Origin: a virus
Taxonomy: Duplodnaviria; Caudoviricetes
IMG/VR virus record: IMGVR_UViG_3300019781_000014
Coordinates: 1-42,624 of that record
DNA length: 42,624 nt
Direction: 5' to 3' (one strand)
Shown here: piece after piece, positions 19,770-28,024 of the stretch
Layout: the number at the start of each line of letters is the position of its first letter
Numbering within the stretch: the stretch's first letter is position 1
Translations under genes and position numbers: made by a program
The notes under the pieces: model-generated
Database searches by the model: none
The model's input: only the letters and a program-made list of their open reading frames with translations
Told to the model about the DNA's origin: nothing

Positions 19770-20240
19770 TTAAGCTTTAGGTTCGTCGTGCAGTGGGCGA
19801 ACAGAGAAGTTATCGTAGACCTTACCATCTGGACCAGCCGTCTTACGGGTCGTGATAGCAGCACTAAAGTCACCGACTTCTTTCAAGCCGTCAAACACAT
19901 CACGCATCTTGATACCGTCCAAGTCAGGCACGTTCAGAAGCTTCATTGCTTGAGCCTTGAAATACTTCAGACCTTCTTCGGTTGCTTGGTAACGATCAGA
20001 GAACAATGAACCGTTAGGGAATGGAGCCTCTTCAGATTCTTTCGTTTCGGTGATAGAGTAGGTGATGAACAAGCCATTGGTTTTGTTGCCTTCCTTGTCT
20101 TTGCGCTCCTTAACACCAGCGTCAGTCACCTTAAGAACATAGAGTCCCTTAGAAGGATTGACGTAATCTGGCAGTGTTTCCACAGAGCCCATATCGGTAT
20201 CAAACAGAGCGTCGAGGTCGAGGATTTTGTTGTCGGACAT
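19770..20240 (-). CDS. Putative ssDNA-binding protein (DUF669-like)
   Basis: 156 aa, acidic N-terminus, PSKGLYVLKVTD beta strands; directly after the Sak4-like ATPase, the usual Sak4-SSB pairing. Confidence 0.6.
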   Translation of the reverse strand: MSDNKILDLDALFDTDMGSVETLPDYVNPSKGLYVLKVTDAGVKERKDKEGNKTNGLFITYSITETKESEEAPFPNGSLFSDRYQATEEGLKYFKAQAMKLLNVPDLDGIKMRDVFDGLKEVGDFSAAITTRKTAGPDGKVYDNFSVRPLHDEPKA

Positions 20241-20291
20241 GATGTTAATTCCTAAAGATAAAGTAAAAGATAATGAAGATAAACTGAAAGG

Positions 20292-21233
20292 TTAGGTCTT
20301 CGCGGCCCGTGTTGCTGCTAATCTCTCGGCCAATGAGGGAGCAGGTTTGCTTGCTTCTGCTACTACAGGTTCTTGTGGAACATGAGCAGCTTCGGCGGTA
20401 GAAGAAGTTCTGATAACTCCTCCTGAAACTAGAAGATCATACATGGTAGGGTCTTTGGTATTCTCCAGTGCTACGTTAATGCGTGAGCCAGTAGACAGGT
20501 CACTGCGATATGTGGAGGAAGAACCGGCAGTATGCTTGTTCATCTTCTTGTGGACATACACCACAGTACCGAAGAACTTTGCACACTTCATACTGAATTG
20601 CTTAGAGCCCATGAGAGGTACGATCTTATCCTTACCTTCGTCATCTTCTAGCGCAATCTCGTGAGTGATGACTACGAAGTTAGTATTAGCGCACTGCTGA
20701 ATAACAGAACAACAATCGCCAAGCCATTTATTAACCATTCCGTATTCGTCAAAGGTTGGCTTGAACATGTTAGGCTTACCAAGACAAGCAGCACCCATAG
20801 CAGAATCGCCCAACTGTGACCCGGAATCGATAACAATGAGTTCATTATGAGTACAGTCGCCAAGCCTGAATTTGATGAAACCAGAAGAAGACTTCTTGCA
20901 TTCTGCACAATCAACCTTTCCGTGAGTCTCACAAATGTCAATGACATTCTTAGAAGTGAGGGCCTTGAGCATTGTCTCGATAGCGATAGGATTGTCCCGA
21001 GTATCTGATACTTTGATGACAACAATCTTAGCCAGCTCTTCATCTGTGAGCCCAAGGTTCAGCAGAGTCTCGATACCATTCTCAAGATCGAACCACCAGA
21101 TTCTACTGATCTCTTTGATCTTAGCAGCAGTGCCAACCAGACGGGTCTTACCCATCTTAGGTGGACCATAGAACAGCATAGAATGGTTAGGCTGTACCTT
21201 AGCTGTTGCTTTCTTAAGTTGAAGTAGGTCCAT
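20292..21233 (-). CDS. Sak4-like (AAA_24) ATPase / ssDNA annealing protein
   Basis: GPPKMGKT (Walker A), FDLENG, IVIDSGS (Walker B), VVITHE; next to the exonuclease and SSB genes. Confidence 0.85.
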   Translation of the reverse strand: MDLLQLKKATAKVQPNHSMLFYGPPKMGKTRLVGTAAKIKEISRIWWFDLENGIETLLNLGLTDEELAKIVVIKVSDTRDNPIAIETMLKALTSKNVIDICETHGKVDCAECKKSSSGFIKFRLGDCTHNELIVIDSGSQLGDSAMGAACLGKPNMFKPTFDEYGMVNKWLGDCCSVIQQCANTNFVVITHEIALEDDEGKDKIVPLMGSKQFSMKCAKFFGTVVYVHKKMNKHTAGSSSTYRSDLSTGSRINVALENTKDPTMYDLLVSGGVIRTSSTAEAAHVPQEPVVAEASKPAPSLAERLAATRAAKT

Positions 21234-21534
21234 TTGGATTCCTTAGGATTTCTGCGTTTTGAATCTTGAACAGCATGTGGACATCAGCTTCGATCTTAGC
21301 CATTGAAAACTTCTGAGGTGCGAACTCACAGAAGACTGTAGCTACCTGCTGAGCGATTGCAAAAGAAGCAGGGCTGTGATAGCCTATGTTGATGATGCTT
21401 ACAAGAGAGGCAATAGCTTGTGAATAGCCACGCCCTTCTCTAGCATCCATACTCTGCATAATCTCAGACATGCTCTGTTCAAAATGCGAGTCACCGGGAT
21501 TGTCAGCGTCAAGTAGTTTAGGTCTGAGTGCCAT
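21214..21534 (-). CDS. Hypothetical protein
   Basis: Start moved to ATG 21534 (AAGGA RBS); 106 aa. Confidence 0.65.
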   Translation of the reverse strand: MALRPKLLDADNPGDSHFEQSMSEIMQSMDAREGRGYSQAIASLVSIINIGYHSPASFAIAQQVATVFCEFAPQKFSMAKIEADVHMLFKIQNAEILRNPNGPTST

Positions 21535-21652
21535 CTTTATTCCTTTCGTAACGATCCTTCTCAAACTCCTTAGGCTCGGTGTCTCCTCCACCGCAACCTA
21601 GTAATAAGAATGAGAGGATCGTAAACACAAAGAGTGCTCTAAGATTTAACAT
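21518..21652 (-). CDS. Small predicted lipoprotein
   Basis: MLNLRALFVFTILSFLLLGC: basic residue, hydrophobic core, LLGC lipobox; 44 aa; fills the gap between flanking genes. Confidence 0.55.
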   Translation of the reverse strand: MLNLRALFVFTILSFLLLGCGGGDTEPKEFEKDRYERNKDGTQT

Positions 21653-22193
21653 CACCGTGGCCAAAGCTAGGAGCATTTTCCGGCATGAGGCTAACGAGAA
21701 GCTCACGAATCTTAGGCTCTGGCTTCCAGTAGTTAGGACCTTTCATGAACTTACCCTGTTCATTGTAGATAGGCTTACCATCTGCACCAAGCTTGGACTC
21801 ATTACTTTTCATAATGATTTCTAAGACCTCAGAATTAGGGATTCCAAAGCGGGCCATCTCAGAAGCACAGTAGACTTGAATGTCTCCGAGAAGATCAGCC
21901 AGACCTACGAGGAAGTCCATCTTGTCGCCCTCATCAAACCCAGGCTTAGTCAGGATACCTACCAGTTCCACATACTCTTTTAGTTCATCTGCTAGGATGC
22001 TCTTAGGTTGAGCAAATAGATCAATAATGCGCTTAGCTACTGCATACTTCCCAGGAGTATCATCTTTGATCTGATCTGGGAAGGTCTTACGTTGCCAGTT
22101 AGTCTCTTTATCAAGCGAGGGATACTGCGCAATAGGCAGGTTATACATGGCGTTCATGCCAAGAATAGCTAACTCAAAATTAAATTTACGCAT
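21639..22193 (-). CDS. MazG-like (PRA-PH-like) NTP pyrophosphohydrolase
   Basis: DELKEY...LADLLGDIQVY...IMKSNESKLGADGKPIYNEQGKFMKGPNYWKP, characteristic of phage MazG-like hydrolases. Confidence 0.85.
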   Translation of the reverse strand: MRKFNFELAILGMNAMYNLPIAQYPSLDKETNWQRKTFPDQIKDDTPGKYAVAKRIIDLFAQPKSILADELKEYVELVGILTKPGFDEGDKMDFLVGLADLLGDIQVYCASEMARFGIPNSEVLEIIMKSNESKLGADGKPIYNEQGKFMKGPNYWKPEPKIRELLVSLMPENAPSFGHGDVKS

Positions 22194-22198
22194 TTCTA

Positions 22199-22408
22199 TT
22201 ACCTCTGTGTGTCATAGTCTTGAAGTACAACCCCGTTAGTAACGAGATCAATGATTCTCTTTGCGGCAGGTGGCGCATCTGGCCAGAGATTACCTGCCCG
22301 CTGGAAGATTTGCTGAAGGAGTTTGTAGTCTTCTGCTGTGTCAGCTACTACAGACTTACCTACAGTACCTAGGCCATCTTCCATTGTGGTCATTAGTTTA
22401 ATAGTCAC
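22199..22408 (-). CDS. Hypothetical protein
   Basis: 69 aa, GTG start with AGGAAGG upstream; fits operon packing. Confidence 0.55.
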   Translation of the reverse strand: MTIKLMTTMEDGLGTVGKSVVADTAEDYKLLQQIFQRAGNLWPDAPPAAKRIIDLVTNGVVLQDYDTQR

Positions 22409-22423
22409 TTCCTTAGTGCCTTC

Positions 22424-23320
22424 CTATGCGTTGATTCGAGCAATGTGGTCATCAATAAGCTCTTCTAGGTCAAAGACAAAGTCGTACTCAATAACATCTT
22501 CCTCACGCTTACGCGGAATGTCCATGCTTGAAAGAGTACAGGTTCCGAAGTGCTTACAAGGTCGATTGTACTTAAGACAAGCACCGCCCCTACGAGGATA
22601 GAAGCCCATCTCTTCCGCAAACTCTAGTCGCTTAATGTCCATGCCTAGCTGAATAAACCAGTTAAGCCTGTCAAGCAGAGTCTTAGAGAAGATCAGAGGC
22701 CTTATCTCACACTTGAAGTCTTTACCTAGTTGAGCTACGAAATAGCCTACTGCATAGTTAGCCAGCTTCTCCCCCACAATCTTATCAAGTACAATGCTGT
22801 AGCTCAAGCCTTGCCCAGAGTTCTGATATACAGGAGACAGATCAAGAAGCTGCAATGCTGTAGACTTAGCATCTACTACAACACAAGTGCCATCATAGCG
22901 GTGTCTAAGAACAACGTCCATGTAACCTACGTAGTAGTAGTGGGCATTGATGTTAACACGGAAGCTTAGTTCTACAGCTGGTTTGCCATTGAACTCTAAT
23001 ACTTCGTAATCGCGCAACATCGTGTCGAGGTATGGGAAAGACTTCTGTAGTGCCATTGACATATGAGCTACTGATTTCTTATCAGTCTCTATCTCAGGCC
23101 AGTATGCTAACCAAGCTTGATAGAGTGCACGCTCAGGGTCTTGATACACTAAGTAGTCTGCTACTCCAACACCATAGGCTGTACCTAGTGAAAGGTCAGC
23201 ACTCTCATCCCGTACAGAATCTGTGATCAGGAGCTTCTCTAGTTGAAAGAGTCGCTCACAACGATCAAACATTTCCATCGTGGAATGAGAGAGCCTAATT
23301 GGAGTGAAGTTATCAGCCAC
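22424..23320 (-). CDS. PD-(D/E)XK exonuclease, Cas4/RecB-like, with putative Fe-S cysteines
   Basis: RLSHS...C at the N-terminus, GYMDVV, VVDAKS, Q..Y, and C-terminal CLKYNRPCKHFGTC. Confidence 0.85.
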   Translation of the reverse strand: MADNFTPIRLSHSTMEMFDRCERLFQLEKLLITDSVRDESADLSLGTAYGVGVADYLVYQDPERALYQAWLAYWPEIETDKKSVAHMSMALQKSFPYLDTMLRDYEVLEFNGKPAVELSFRVNINAHYYYVGYMDVVLRHRYDGTCVVVDAKSTALQLLDLSPVYQNSGQGLSYSIVLDKIVGEKLANYAVGYFVAQLGKDFKCEIRPLIFSKTLLDRLNWFIQLGMDIKRLEFAEEMGFYPRRGGACLKYNRPCKHFGTCTLSSMDIPRKREEDVIEYDFVFDLEELIDDHIARINA

Positions 23321-23831
23321 GAGGGTCTACGATAGCACCCGGAAGCTTACGCTCTTGAGCACGCTCGTCCTGAAGAATGGAGAAGCAGCCAGCATAACCA
23401 GCCACGTCCATAATAGAATCCTTGTGGTCAGGAGACTTAGCGAGGCGAGCAATCTTAACCTGCATCATAAGGATAGCAACATCCTCAGGTGTGATGCGAG
23501 CATTAGGTTGCAGCTTCATAGCCAGTGAACCTTGGAACAACATAGCAATCTGCGAGAAGTTCTGAAGCTTGTCACCGTAGTCCTGCTGACGATCACCTTC
23601 GATCAGAGACTGCGCACGATAGAGCATAGGAGCAGGAGCACATTGCGCAGCCTCCTTGGATTCTAGAAGCTGCTTCTCGTAATGACGGCTGATGGCATTC
23701 AGCACAGGAGTGTAATCCTCTGAGGGATTCATCATAACCCAATTAGCAAACATTGCAATGGTCTGTGCATTGGAGAGCATTTGCTTAGCAGGTGCTTGCA
23801 TTTTCTTAGGTGCTTTAGAGGGGGAGGTCAT
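23313..23831 (-). CDS. DUF6378-family putative nucleotide pyrophosphohydrolase
   Basis: AQSLIEGDRQQDYG...NFSQIA...DVAILMMQVKIAR...DSIMDVAGYA signature; start moved to the RBS-supported ATG. Confidence 0.8.
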   Translation of the reverse strand: MTSPSKAPKKMQAPAKQMLSNAQTIAMFANWVMMNPSEDYTPVLNAISRHYEKQLLESKEAAQCAPAPMLYRAQSLIEGDRQQDYGDKLQNFSQIAMLFQGSLAMKLQPNARITPEDVAILMMQVKIARLAKSPDHKDSIMDVAGYAGCFSILQDERAQERKLPGAIVDPRG

Positions 23832-24024
23832 CGTCATTTCCTTGAGTAGAAGGGATAGGGCCGAGGTGAATCTCATCAGGAACTTCCTTATCTACTACGA
23901 TAGCAATGCCACCGTTAAGGAAGATTTCTAATGCGCGTTTATCAGCAGCAGACTTGGAATCAAATTCTTCGTCCCACTGAATAGAGTCCGGTGACTCTCT
24001 GTAATGAACAATATGTTTAAGCAT
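23815..24024 (-). CDS. Hypothetical acidic protein ending NDDDLPL
   Basis: 69 aa with RBS; fits operon packing. Confidence 0.6.
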   Translation of the reverse strand: MLKHIVHYRESPDSIQWDEEFDSKSAADKRALEIFLNGGIAIVVDKEVPDEIHLGPIPSTQGNDDDLPL

Positions 24025-24040
24025 GGTGAGCCTTCAGTTA

Positions 24041-24724
24041 TTAGAGTTCGTTGAACGCGGCTTCGATTTGTTCTTTTGTCAGAGCTACTTCCTTAGCCTT
24101 AGGAGAACTCTTAGCAGTCTTAGCAGCTTTAGTCTTGGTAGTAGCTTCTACCTGAGCAACATGAGTCATGCGCCGGAGAGCAGTAACCATCTTGCCTACG
24201 TCAGCATCAAGCATAAGCTCGGTAGCATTCGGATTCTTCTTGAGTGCAGCCTTAAGCTCAGTCATTGCACCTTTGAGATTATCATCGAACAGACCTTCCA
24301 GCTGATGGATCTTAGTCTTGATGTCAACATAAGCCTGTGCATCTTCTGGATTCTCAGGGATCATGCTAGGATCAATGACCAAAGGAGCAACTTCTTTCTT
24401 GACTTGAGGTACAGCTTGAGCAGCAGTAACACTAGCCTTCTTAATAGCCATCTTCTCCGCAAAGGTCAGTGGCTTTTCTGAAGCCACCGTAGCAGGTTCT
24501 GGAGCGGGGCTACTGTCAACCAAGGGAGATACGGTCGTGGCCACTGGCTCTGGTTGGACAACAGGTACGATATGATTGTCGGCTTCATTAGCTTCTTTCT
24601 CTGCTGCGTTATCAGTGATGGCTTGTTGATGAGCTACTGGATCAGAAGTAGCAAGAGGCGTAGATGCTTTCGCAGCAGCTTCAGAGGCAGCTTTCTTCGC
24701 TGCGATAATTTCTTTAAGTCCCAT
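24041..24724 (-). CDS. Hypothetical protein with long disordered Ala/Pro-rich N-terminus and helical core
   Basis: 227 aa, AGGA RBS, codon usage typical of this genome. Confidence 0.75.
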   Translation of the reverse strand: MGLKEIIAAKKAASEAAAKASTPLATSDPVAHQQAITDNAAEKEANEADNHIVPVVQPEPVATTVSPLVDSSPAPEPATVASEKPLTFAEKMAIKKASVTAAQAVPQVKKEVAPLVIDPSMIPENPEDAQAYVDIKTKIHQLEGLFDDNLKGAMTELKAALKKNPNATELMLDADVGKMVTALRRMTHVAQVEATTKTKAAKTAKSSPKAKEVALTKEQIEAAFNEL

Positions 24725-24735
24725 GATCTTTCCTA

Positions 24736-24912
24736 TTAGTTAGACTTAACGCAAACATAGGACTGAGCTTTGGTTGTGCCCTGCACTAGCTTCTTACTAG
24801 CTTGTCCTGCCTGTTCGCAGAGTTGCTGGTTAGGGAATGGAATGCTTGCAAGAGCTACGCTATCTTTATCAGAGAGCATACCTACGTAGATGAGAAGAAT
24901 GAGTGTGTACAT
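24736..24912 (-). CDS. Small secreted/membrane protein (not in ORF track)
   Basis: 58 aa MYTLILLIYVGML...QLCEQAG...YVCVKSN; hydrophobic N-terminus and two Cys; fills the gap exactly. Confidence 0.6.
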   Translation of the reverse strand: MYTLILLIYVGMLSDKDSVALASIPFPNQQLCEQAGQASKKLVQGTTKAQSYVCVKSN

Positions 24913-24922
24913 AAAAGTTCTT

Positions 24923-25141
24923 TCAGTCGAATCGTTCAGCAGCTTTGGCTATTAGCTTGGCCAGAACAGCTTCTTGTTTTTCAGAGAGAAGCTTGTAGCG
25001 GTCTAGCTGGCCACGAATAGAGGAGAGAAAGTTTGACTCCCAAGCTGAAAGATAATCTGCATACTTATAGAGATCATCTATCTTAGCTATGGTAGCCTTG
25101 CGCTTCTCAAGATCGGCATCAGTGAAGTTAGAAGATGTCAT
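24923..25141 (-). CDS. Hypothetical phage protein (LSxWE..F..S...LSxKQ type)
   Basis: 72 aa; LSAWESNFLSSI...LSEKQ pattern that I recall from small phage proteins. Confidence 0.65.
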   Translation of the reverse strand: MTSSNFTDADLEKRKATIAKIDDLYKYADYLSAWESNFLSSIRGQLDRYKLLSEKQEAVLAKLIAKAAERFD

Positions 25142-25475
25142 CAGGAATCTCCAACTTGTGAATCTTAACAGTCTTGCGAGGACCGAATGTAATATGAAGC
25201 TTAATCATACCCGGACCATGCCCTGTGTCTTCTGGCTTAGTCTTATAAGACGTATATCCAAGAACTTCATCACCTGCTTCTAGGCCAGATGCTTTAAGCT
25301 TGGCTGCATCACGACTCTTAAGAGCAGTAAGGTTCCGCTTAAGTGGCTTCTCAGCACTCTCATGGATGGTAAGGATAAGTTCCTTCTTTTCCATCAGAAG
25401 ATCAAGGACACGACGGTAGCTCCACTCGTCATCATTGTCTTCATCAGCGAACTCAATAGGTAGGTCATTGGACAT
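25128..25475 (-). CDS. Hypothetical protein
   Basis: Start moved to ATG 25475 (AAGGA RBS); 115 aa; ends PDDIF. Confidence 0.65.
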   Translation of the reverse strand: MSNDLPIEFADEDNDDEWSYRRVLDLLMEKKELILTIHESAEKPLKRNLTALKSRDAAKLKASGLEAGDEVLGYTSYKTKPEDTGHGPGMIKLHITFGPRKTVKIHKLEIPDDIF

Positions 25476-25704
25476 GGATAGATCCTTTACGGTAAAGATC
25501 AGCACGTTCTGTGCGCTCTTGGGATTCGGACCAAGCTGCAATACCCTTAAGCTTCCATTCTGCCATGTGCTTAATGTAGGCAGCTCGCTTGATAGTAGAT
25601 TCAGACTGTGCAATATCTTCTACTGCTCGTTCAGCCTGTGCTTCTGCATCGTCTTCGATAGTAGGCTGCTTAAAGAGGGCCAGCCAGTTAGAGATAAGTT
25701 TCAT
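25465..25704 (-). CDS. Hypothetical protein, first gene of the middle transcript
   Basis: 79 aa, GGAG RBS, immediately downstream of a consensus promoter. Confidence 0.7.
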   Translation of the reverse strand: MKLISNWLALFKQPTIEDDAEAQAERAVEDIAQSESTIKRAAYIKHMAEWKLKGIAAWSESQERTERADLYRKGSIHVQ

Positions 25705-25724
25705 GTGTAACTCCAGAATGTTAA

Positions 25725-25753
25725 ATTGTAGCGCAAACCGCGTGATCTGTCAA
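25725..25753 (-). promoter_or_regulatory. Sigma70-type promoter driving the replication operon
   Basis: TTGACA-17 nt-TACAAT on the - strand. Confidence 0.85.
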
Positions 25754-26100
25754 TGGGGTGATCGGTTATTTTTTCTAGAAGAAAGCTTCCTGTAAATAGC
25801 ATCCTGTTCTTCTATAGTGTAGTAGTTAGCAATCAGCTCAATCCTAGCCATAGCAGAATAAAGATGACTGCTAGTACCAGCACTCTCAAAGCCCAGAAGG
25901 CGTCGCTGCTCATAACAAATCTCCACAATGCAAAGGGTTAGAGGAAGAGAAGAAGCTCGGCGGCTATGATCTTGATGAGGAATATCAAAGAAGTCAACAC
26001 AGATAGCTCGTGTAGAATCCCATGAGATAGTACCTAGGGCAATCCAGATCCCGGGGATAAGTGGCTTAGGCTCAATAGGATCAGTATCAAGATCACGCAT
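25750..26100 (-). CDS. Hypothetical protein
   Basis: 116 aa, AAGGAG RBS, overlaps the upstream stop. Confidence 0.6.
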   Translation of the reverse strand: MRDLDTDPIEPKPLIPGIWIALGTISWDSTRAICVDFFDIPHQDHSRRASSLPLTLCIVEICYEQRRLLGFESAGTSSHLYSAMARIELIANYYTIEEQDAIYRKLSSRKNNRSPH

Positions 26101-26500
26101 TCTCTTTCTCCTTCAAAGATTTCTTAGATGGGAACAGGCGCTTGCTGCGGGCAATAGCTAATTTCAAAGAGCCTATTGCATGATTCACGTCGTCAATATG
26201 ATTATTGATCTTACGAGCCTCTGCTACTGAGACGTATCTGGTAAGGCTATAGAGAGTAGAGACTTCCCGTTGTAGAGTGCCTACCATGTTATTAGCATTA
26301 AGCATTGCCCACTGAACAGCTCGCTGGCGCTTAGACTGCGGAGAATGTAGTGGAGTCTTGCCTGTCCTAGCATTAAGCTCGCGAGTAATAGCAATCCGTT
26401 GTCCTTTAGAGCCTACACTAAGCTTGTAAAGTTCTTTAAGCTTTTCATCAGTCCAGAGCCTACGATCTTGGAAGTGTCTATATTTACCTGAACGAAACAT
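26093..26500 (-). CDS. Hypothetical basic protein (possible DNA-binding)
   Basis: 135 aa, Arg/Lys-rich, WTDEKLKEL helix, AAGGAG RBS. Confidence 0.65.
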   Translation of the reverse strand: MFRSGKYRHFQDRRLWTDEKLKELYKLSVGSKGQRIAITRELNARTGKTPLHSPQSKRQRAVQWAMLNANNMVGTLQREVSTLYSLTRYVSVAEARKINNHIDDVNHAIGSLKLAIARSKRLFPSKKSLKEKENA

Positions 26501-26667
26501 TATTTATTCTCCTTGTTTTCCCAGCAGTGAATGGTCTTATCTGGAAGAGTCTGGCAAGAATACTCTCCACGATGCATTTGCTTACGGCCTACTTCTTCTC
26601 CTGAGATAGTGCCACCAAAGAAGGCCATTATCATAAGCACGATTCCTACCATCAATTCAATCATCAT
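26500..26667 (-). CDS. Small membrane protein (not in ORF track)
   Basis: 55 aa MMIELMVGIVLMIMAFFGG...C..C; AGGAG RBS; TAATG coupling to the next gene. Confidence 0.6.
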   Translation of the reverse strand: MMIELMVGIVLMIMAFFGGTISGEEVGRKQMHRGEYSCQTLPDKTIHCWENKENK

Positions 26668-26676
26668 CTTCTCCTA

Positions 26677-26895
26677 TCAGTAAAAAATATCCAGCATAGC
26701 TGGGATCATCTTGGTGTAGGCATCAGGAGTCACATTAGGAACACCAGCTTTCTTCCAGTATTCTGCCTGTGCGATGCTAAGAACATCTTCAATAGGAGGC
26801 TCATTAGGCAACACAGTTGTAAGAACCCAAGCACCTTTGAATGGGGAGAATGAGAGGCTCATGTTAATCTGAGCAGAGACTGGAAGAGTGGTCAT
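26677..26895 (-). CDS. Hypothetical protein
   Basis: Start moved to ATG 26895 (GAGGA RBS, ATGA overlap). Confidence 0.6.
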   Translation of the reverse strand: MTTLPVSAQINMSLSFSPFKGAWVLTTVLPNEPPIEDVLSIAQAEYWKKAGVPNVTPDAYTKMIPAMLDIFY

Positions 26896-27059
26896 GATTC
26901 TTTCCTCTTGCATTCTTGTTTACGAGCAGCAATAGCCAGCTGTTGAGAGAGCTTCTTATCTTCTTTAGAACCAGCCACATAGGTCTGTGCTTTCTGAGGA
27001 ATAAGGCTAGCATTAGCAAGAAGCTGGGATGTTTCGTGAGGTTTGAGTTTAGAAGTCAT
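26892..27059 (-). CDS. Hypothetical protein (not in ORF track)
   Basis: 55 aa MTSKLKPHETSQ...; AAGGA RBS; ATGA overlaps at both ends. Confidence 0.6.
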   Translation of the reverse strand: MTSKLKPHETSQLLANASLIPQKAQTYVAGSKEDKKLSQQLAIAARKQECKRKES

Positions 27060-27262
27060 TTGCTTTTCCTTTTGTTGCGTTTGAAAGAGCCACTGCGTAC
27101 CTTAAGTTTATCAGATTTGTACTGAGCAATAGTAGGGAGCTTTTGAAATGGGCTAGGTCCTTCTATCAAAGAGTTTCTATTGAACTTTATTACCTCATTG
27201 TCTTGCACTCTTGTGTTTACCAAGGTTGACATGATAGCTAGTGCAAGCAGCTTAGAAGTCAT
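27056..27262 (-). CDS. Hypothetical basic protein
   Basis: Start moved to ATG 27262 (GGAG RBS); 68 aa; ends FKRNKRKSK. Confidence 0.55.
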   Translation of the reverse strand: MTSKLLALAIMSTLVNTRVQDNEVIKFNRNSLIEGPSPFQKLPTIAQYKSDKLKVRSGSFKRNKRKSK

Positions 27263-27791
27263 TACCGGGCTCCGGTTGTTGAGGGAAACCTTTGAGGAAA
27301 GCAACTATATTAGCCCGTTCCTGTGAGGCATAGTTGCGTACTGCGTTGCCAATATGAATGTCCATCATCCAAATATTTTCATGACCACGACAAGCAATGT
27401 CAGGATGATCGTAAATTTTCAGGAGGATAGAGTAGAGGGAGTCTGTAGCAGCCAGCGTGTTGACAAGAGAATAGACAGTGGCTACTGACTTCTCCATAGT
27501 GCAAGGCTTCTCAAGACCGGGGCTGGTTTCTACTGGATTAACTTGCATCATGGAGTTGCTCTTTGTAATAAGATTACGAACATAAGAAGCCATGAAAGAG
27601 CAGCTAGCTATAGAGATAGGGCCATTTCTATTAAGAGTCCCACCTAGCTCTTGTGTAAGAGTAGCAAGAAGCTCATACTCGAATTCAGACCAGTCTTGCC
27701 TAGAATCGCATGGGCTATAAGGCTGCTCAAGAAGCTTCTTAATAAGGAGCTCGTAGACTTCTACTTGGCGTGGTGTGAGGTAGTCAGACAT
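27252..27791 (-). CDS. Hypothetical protein
   Basis: Start moved to ATG 27791 (AAGGA RBS); 179 aa. Confidence 0.6.
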   Translation of the reverse strand: MSDYLTPRQVEVYELLIKKLLEQPYSPCDSRQDWSEFEYELLATLTQELGGTLNRNGPISIASCSFMASYVRNLITKSNSMMQVNPVETSPGLEKPCTMEKSVATVYSLVNTLAATDSLYSILLKIYDHPDIACRGHENIWMMDIHIGNAVRNYASQERANIVAFLKGFPQQPEPGNDF

Positions 27792-28023
27792 TTTCTTCTT
27801 CCTTTGAGAGTATGATAAATTCCATAAGCATAAGCTGTTCCATTGGAGTGAGAGAATAAAGCATACCTTCTGCTGTTTCGTATGCATCACGTTGATAGGC
27901 TAATTCTTGCCAGCCTTCTGAGTTTACATAATCAATTGGATCAGTAAAGACTGCACTATTGGCTCTATTTGGCCAGTGCTTAAGAATAGACCTCATCGAG
28001 TAACCACGTATTTTAGTAAGCAT
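27784..28023 (-). CDS. Hypothetical protein
   Basis: Start moved to ATG 28023 (AAGGA RBS); 79 aa. Confidence 0.55.
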   Translation of the reverse strand: MLTKIRGYSMRSILKHWPNRANSAVFTDPIDYVNSEGWQELAYQRDAYETAEGMLYSLTPMEQLMLMEFIILSKEEENV

Positions 28024-28024
28024 C

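Noticed and set aside
15142-23831. Z-base or 7-deazaguanine genome modification pathway
   Set aside because: No PurZ, DatZ-like HD protein, QueC/D/E, FolE or DpdA motifs recognised.
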